Below, piece by piece: positions 54,775-64,000 of a stretch of DNA of 64,000 bases. The notes beneath the pieces are model-generated. The model was given only the letters and a program-made list of their open reading frames with translations, did no database searches and was not told where the DNA came from. Origin of the DNA: Octopus vulgaris (Eukaryota); assembly GCA_951406725.2 (NCBI GenBank), contig OX597827.1, positions 47,926,001-47,990,000 of the forward strand, in the 5' to 3' direction. Position 1 is the first letter of the stretch; every line of letters begins with the position of its first letter. Both the position numbers and the translations under genes were made by a program.

Positions 54775-54990
54775 AGTGGAGGCTGAAAAGTACGTGGCTT
54801 TGGGAAAAAGAAATGACAGGAGGATCAATTACTTATGATTTTATTCAACATATACCCCTTTCAGATTCACACACTTATTGCTGCGATCCTTCAGTTTTTT
54901 TTAAGCCCTATGAAAGAAGTCGGAATTCCGGGCCTCCAACCGGGCCTTTTATTACATCCTTACAGCCCGGACCTTTTCAGTAGGTCACGT
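54775..54990 (-). mobile_element. Internally deleted mariner (MITE-like)
   Basis: Imperfect TIRs GGCTGAAAAGTACGTGGCT / AGCCCGGACCTTTTCAG; minus strand keeps the transposase C-terminus [14 protein letters not shown]. Confidence 0.65.
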
Positions 54991-54992
54991 GC

Positions 54993-55028
<36 letters not shown>

Positions 55029-55029
55029 A

Positions 55030-55132
<103 letters not shown>

Positions 55133-55149
55133 TAAATATATATATATAT

Positions 55150-55216
<67 letters not shown>

Positions 55217-55237
55217 CATGCAAATATATATATATAT

Positions 55238-55268
<31 letters not shown>

Positions 55269-55882
55269 CATATAAATACGTATATATATATGTATATATA
55301 TATTTATATATATATATGTATGTATGTATAGATATATTTTATCCTTTTCCTTTTACTTGTTCCAGTCATTCGACTGCAGCCATGCTGGAGCAACGCCTTA
55401 TATATGCGCACACATACACGCATCGCGCGCGCACACTCCCGCATACGTACACATGCACACACTCACACACACGCATACACACATATACACGCATATAAAG
55501 CACATTTCATAAACGCACACAAGGCTTTGTCATTCGTTGATGATATGTCTTCCGACCCTTCACATTTTCAGTATTAATAACATTATCAGCCTTTTCATTT
55601 GACCTTGGACATGAAAACCTTCATAATACTTGATTAAAAAAAGCGTTAATTAATCACACTCACATTATGTGGAATACAAGCGATCTGAAATATTTACACG
55701 ATATTGCGATATACATATAATGATGTGTTATTGGAATTAATAATCATCATTTGAAGATATGAAGACAAATTAATATAATCAATATACCACTTTCCCATTA
55801 TCAATTTGCCAAATGATACGATGCGCCACTAAGTGACTATCATATGCATACACACAAATACACACACACATATGTATACGTG

Positions 55883-55913
<31 letters not shown>

Positions 55914-56274
55914 ATATGTGTGAGTGTATATATATGTATGTGTATATGTGTGAATGAATATATATGCATATGTATGTATATGCGTGTGTGTGTGTGTGTT
56001 TGTATATGTGCGTGTGTGTGGGTGTAAGGAAAAGAACTGCGTGAGTGATATGGGATGATGGCATGTAGAATCGTTGTTTAACAGCAACCAAGGATAATAA
56101 CTGCTGTAAAAATATGAAAATTACAATGTTGATTTTGATTTTAATAAACAGCACCGTCGCCACTACTGCTATCACCAGCGCCCTGCTGCTACTGCTACTA
56201 CTACTACTACTGCTTCTACTACTACTGCACTACTGCTATAGTTGCAGCTGCTGCTGTTGCTGCTGCTCTTGCTG

Positions 56275-56625
56275 TTGAGCGAAGCGGTCTTCGTTCCATG
56301 TCTGGGAGAAGTCCGAAACGTGGTCCTTTGCTATTCGTAAGAAAGCAGGTCAACCCCCGACACCGAGAGCATCGACGGATGGATGAATGCGCATACAGGC
56401 TCAGCGGTTGCGTAGGAAATCGGGGACAAGAAACAGGAAGAAAGAGTGAGAGAAACCTGGAGCGAAAGAGTACAACAAGGGTCGCCACCACCCGCTGCCG
56501 GAGCCTCGTGGAACTTTAGGTGTGTTCGCTCAATAAACACACACAACGCTCAGTGTGGGAATCGAAACCGCGATCTTCCGACCGCGAGTCCGCAGCGCCA
56601 ACCATTGGGCCATTGCGGCTAACAC
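56275..56625 (-). mobile_element. SINE family A head and centre fused to a different GC-rich 3' tail
   Basis: 56425-56625 matches the family A head. 56275-56424 (CTTGTCCCCGATTTCCTACGCAACCGCTGAGCC.. on the minus strand) is unlike the usual tail. Confidence 0.75.
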
Positions 56626-56659
56626 TGCAGCTGCCGCTGCCGGTGTGGTTCATACTGCT

Positions 56660-59255
<2,596 letters not shown>

Positions 59256-59760
59256 TAGTCGAGGCGTGTGTGATGCTGTATATGTGATACGTATATTGTG
59301 GCAGCCAGTAATGTTTTTTCTTTGTCTATATTACTTATAGTTTTAGAAATAAATTACTGATAGAGGCACTAGACTTTAAAACTAAAGCAATATACATATA
59401 TTGAGGTTGACTTGTTCAAATATACCCTTGAAGGTGGTGTTCCTGCATGGCCGAAGGTCATTAACTAAAACAAGAAGCAGAATTAGTTTAAACTCTAGTA
59501 TGTAACTTTTCATGAAGCTGATTGATTTATGCTTTTTGTTTAGATTAATCGACATGTTGAATGCAATTCTTTGGACCTATTACCCTAACTATTCAAGAAA
59601 GAGAGAATTTCGCATAGCTTGTAGTTTAAATAAAAATAATGACAGAGGGAATTGCAAATGGTATGTTATATAATGTAACTTGATCAATCAACTGAACTGC
59701 ACTCGTTTCGTTACTAAGAACATTAAGAAAAAATTCCCTATATGCACGTACACACGCACG

Positions 59761-59812
<52 letters not shown>

Positions 59813-60478
59813 TATATTTAATACATATATGTATATATATAATACATATATGTATATGTACACATACATACGCATACACACACATATGTATCATAATATT
59901 TATTAAGTTGGCAATGAAAAGACTTCATCTCCATAAACCAAGAAGAAAAGAAATGAAAGACGACTCCGTAATCAACGCTAATTATTGAACAAGGGAAAAA
60001 AAAGCATAATATCACCTATTGATAAGCTAATAACTGAACCGTGTGTTTGTCACGCCTGACAGAAAAACATTATAGATAGCAAAACGAAAGAAAGAATGAA
60101 AAGAATATGAAAGCAAATTAAACACATATTGAAAAGAGAACATGATATCGGGAGAATTAACTAAAAATTGCACCAGGATAACTCTAAAGTATCCTATTAG
60201 ACGTTAGTCTACTGATTTTTTGATGGTGTGTTTCTCAGTCTATTTCTTAACAATTATTTGTTTCAATGTTTTATTTCATTGTTTTACAACTTTGGAAGAA
60301 GCGATGGAAACACAATTTATAAAAATAAGAATAAACCCCCTCTGAATCAGATGACTAATTGCGATTGCCACATTTTATTGTGTACTTTGAATATTGCCTA
60401 TGGGAGATATATTTTATAACACTATGTATTTTTTTTTTAGTGTTAGCATTATTTATAAAAAACCGTAACCATACCGTA

Positions 60479-60887
60479 GGCGCAGGAGTGGCTGTGTGGT
60501 AAGTAGCTTGCTAACCAACCACATGGTTCCGGGTTCAGTCCCACTTCGTGGCATCTTGGGCAAGTGTCTTCTGCTATAGCCCCGGGCCGACCAATGCCTT
60601 GTGAGTGGATTTGGTAGACGGAAACTGAAAGAAGCCTGTCGTATATATGTATATATATAAGTGTGTGTGTATATGTTTGTGTGTCTGTATTTGTCCCCCT
60701 AGCATTGCTTGACAACCGATGCTGGTGTGTTTACGTCCCCGTCACTTAGCGGTTCGGCAAAAGAGACCGATAGAACAAGTACTGGGTTTACAAAGAATAA
60801 GTCCCGGGGTCGATTTGCTCGACTAAAGGCGGTGCTCCAGCATGGCCGCAGTCAAATGACTGAAACAAGTAAAAGAGTAAAAGAGTA
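60479..60887 (+). mobile_element. SINE family B (full length, young subfamily)
   Basis: Near-identical to the reverse complement of 7624-8021; tail (GTAAAAGA)2. Confidence 0.92.
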
Positions 60888-61049
60888 TACCGAATGCTGT
60901 TTAGTATGAAATTTTTGGCGATTTTGAATGCATCAATGTATATTTACATACATATATAGAAACATACATACGAGTGTATATATAATCATGTGTGTGTGAG
61001 TGTGAGTGTGTGTGTCTGTGTATGTGTGTGTGTGTGTTTCATTGTAGCT

Positions 61050-61225
61050 CAAATTTACAAAAATCAAAAAACGAAGTCAAGTGTAGGAAAAACAAACTGG
61101 TCTATTAGTTGAACGCTCAGGAAAAATGTATGTCTTTAAGTTTCGAGCCTACGCTCTTCCGCAGGAAGAAGAAATGGAGAATGAAAAAAAACGAAGAGAG
61201 GAAAAATGTGCAGAGTTCAACGGTC
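61050..61225 (-). mobile_element. Family F element, diverged hammerhead-like motif
   Basis: Reverse complement CTTC-CTGCGGA-A-GAGC-GTAG-GCTC-GAAAC-TTA-AAG at 61134-61168. Confidence 0.55.
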
Positions 61226-61269
61226 CAATATGGGGAGATGACTGGAAAAAGAGGTTGAATTAAAGAGAG

Positions 61270-61336
<67 letters not shown>

Positions 61337-61480
61337 GAGGCAAAGGAAAACTGCCTTGCACTCCCGGTTAAAGGAGGTCGGCGGGGCAATCTTCACTATG
61401 GATTCAGCTGATAGCCGGATCCATCCTATACGCGACAGTAGCTGTTCGACATAAAATATTATTATTATTATTATTATTAT

Positions 61481-61567
<87 letters not shown>

Positions 61568-61576
61568 AATAATAAC

Positions 61577-61639
<63 letters not shown>

Positions 61640-62542
61640 GTGACAGAGGATGGACGTATTTTTACGATGCTCTGAACTGGCAACAGCGAACCCAGCAGGT
61701 CAACTGTAGAAAACTGGAAGATCTACTGTTTACTGTAAGTAATTTGAATTACCCTCAAAATAAGTAAAAAAAAAACTTACATATCTACAGCTCATACAAA
61801 CGTACACCTAACAAGAAAAATTAGAAACATAAATATCTCCAATTCTGTGTGAACATTTACATTTAGTCGTCTCTCATGACTATAAGAATGTGTAAAATTG
61901 CCTTTTAAATTACCTTTTATTGTAACAACACAATTAAGTGCACGATAAAAAGTTATGGAATTAAGCACCTACTACTATATACATACAACTGAATTCAGAA
62001 ATTTAAAAATATATACATAACATTGAACTCAGAAAGTTATTTAAAAAAAGAAAAAAAAATCTTTGACGAAAACATCAGATAATATGTGTGAGTGAATATA
62101 CATATATATACATATACATATGCATGTGGTGAAGAAGAAAAGAGAAAGGAAAAAAAAAAAAAATAAAAAATAAACGTAAACAGGTTTGACCTTTTACTGA
62201 CCATTAACGTCCTTTGTCTCCACCATCTACCGTGGCTATTTATAGACCCAAAGAACATGAATTCTTTAACCACCCATTCTCCAACACAATGGAGTGTTGA
62301 TGGTGGCTGTGGCTACACATAAAACAATGTCATTGAAGATGATGATGGTGTTGGTGATGTTGCTGATGATGGTGATGGTGGTGAAGATGATAGTAATAAC
62401 AATAATAACTGACAGATCCCGTCTTTTTCCCTTTCTTTTCGTTTCTTTCTCCGTATTTTATTCTCATTATTTCGAACTAATACAGACACAGTAAGCCTTG
62501 AAGAAAGGAAGAGGAGGAAAGGAAAAAAAAAAAAAAAAAAAA

Positions 62543-64000
62543 ATGTCCGGAGATAAAACTATCAACAAAAAAAATACAGACGAATATAGATCTGCTAGTC
62601 TTAAGAAGCGGCGCTATGAGCAATGCTTACACGTAGTGAACCCTAAACTGACAGATCCATCTCCTAATATAAGAATGGATGCTCGTCATGCTTCAAGGTC
62701 AACAAATCAAACAATAAACCGCATTGGTCATTGCGCGGATTACAAAAGACCACGTACCCGAAAATTGAACCAAATCCTGATTGAAAGATCAGTTACTGGA
62801 TCAAATCTTCCCAACACACAGGAGCTGGACGAACCCCACAACCGGAATATTCCAACAGATGGCCATCCATGCTCATCACCAAATAATCAAAAGAAAAAGA
62901 AGGAAAAATGGTCTAGGGAAGATAATAAAGAAGTTCTTGAGGCCTTCTACCATGCCATATATTTCCCCACAGATAAGTCTAGCACTGTACAAGCATACTT
63001 AAACTGGAGACAGAAACACCCTGAAGTAAGACCCTACATAGACAGTAACAAGCTTGCCAATGTTAGAAGAAACATTATAAAAAAGTAATTACTGACTGAA
63101 GTAGAGATTGATCAGGTTAGACAAGCAATATCGGATAAAATGAACGAAGCTGCAGCGAGAGAAGATAATACAGAGGAAATGATTATAGACCAGCCCAGGG
63201 CGGATAAAAACGAAGAGAGGATTGAAAGAGTTAGTATAAGTGATAGGCAAAGTGAAATACGCCCTGAACCAATCATAAACACTAAGACAGATGAGCATCA
63301 AATAGATAAAGAAAGTCACACAAATATTGACCCAACAGAACTACATGAGCTAAAAAATCAAATCATGATTGAATGGCTGAAAATTAAAGAAACCAGCATG
63401 GATGAGCGTGATACACTTCCTAAAATCCGCAACTCTAACCAAAACATGAAAATAATTGGTAAAATCCGGCTTGCACTTAAGGATATAATTTCAGTTAATG
63501 ATGTTGATATCACAAACCTCAACCACCTATACTATGCATCCGCGAAAATCTCAACGATCCTATGTGGTGTAAAGATTAGAAAACGGCAACAGTCCCACAA
63601 AAAGCCTTCTTGGCAAGAGCGTCTGCAACAACAAATTAAAATATTTAGATCTGACATTGAATATTTGAAAAACCTTAAGGCTCACAAGATTACCAAACCT
63701 ACAAAAACCCAAAAATTACTGAAAAAATACAATATGAAAACTATACTTGATATTGATGCCACCATAGAAACCATCAAACAAAAGGTATCTGCCAAAGCTG
63801 CCCGCATAGCGAGGTATGTAAAGCGTGTTAGATTTTTCAAGGACAACAACATGTTCAAAAATAACACCAAGAATTTTTACAGGAAGATAGGAAAAACAGC
63901 GTTTACTGCAGGGTCTGTACCATCAAAAGAAGAAGTGCAGAGATTTTGGAATAAGATAAAAAAAACACACAACGAAAAGGCCCCCTGGATTGACAGAATA
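62543..64000 (+). mobile_element. Dong/R4-clade non-LTR retrotransposon ORF, N-terminal part, truncated by the window edge
   Basis: ATG at 62543; KWSREDNKEVLEAFY..WRQKHP..NKLANVRRNI; one in-frame TAA at 63086-88. The frame then stays open to 64000: LPKI..ITNLNHLYYASA..KPSWQERLQQQIKIFRSDI..KQKVSAKAARIARY..NNMFKNNTKNFYR..PSKEEVQRFW..HNEKAPWI. Confidence 0.85.

Overview
AT-rich eukaryotic DNA saturated with microsatellites ((AT)n, (GT)n, (TACA)n, (AAT)n, (AAC)n). The repeat families and composition resemble a coleoid cephalopod (Octopus-like) genome; this is an inference. No intact host protein-coding gene is supported, and most ORF-track entries are translated microsatellites or SINEs. The window holds: (i) dozens of copies of several tRNA-derived SINE families (called A/A', B, C and E here) plus an unclassified (TAA)n-flanked repeat (D); (ii) a nearly intact and a decayed mariner, plus a mariner MITE; (iii) relics of Penelope-like elements (PLEs) from two clades; (iv) Dong/R4-type and CR1-type LINE pieces, including an almost open Dong/R4 ORF that runs off the right edge; (v) non-autonomous Helitron-like elements; (vi) several long fold-back palindromes; (vii) weak relics of 7TM-, discoidin- and LRR-like coding sequence. 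The most interesting signal is a set of hammerhead-ribozyme (HHR) motifs in short non-coding repeats. One is a canonical type-I HHR at 38819-38897 next to a 210-bp palindrome. One family joins a Pol III tRNA-like head to an HHR-bearing tail. A third family carries an HHR fold with a non-canonical core. Together they suggest a PLE-driven set of ribozyme-bearing non-autonomous elements. All calls were made by eye, and boundaries of decayed elements are approximate.
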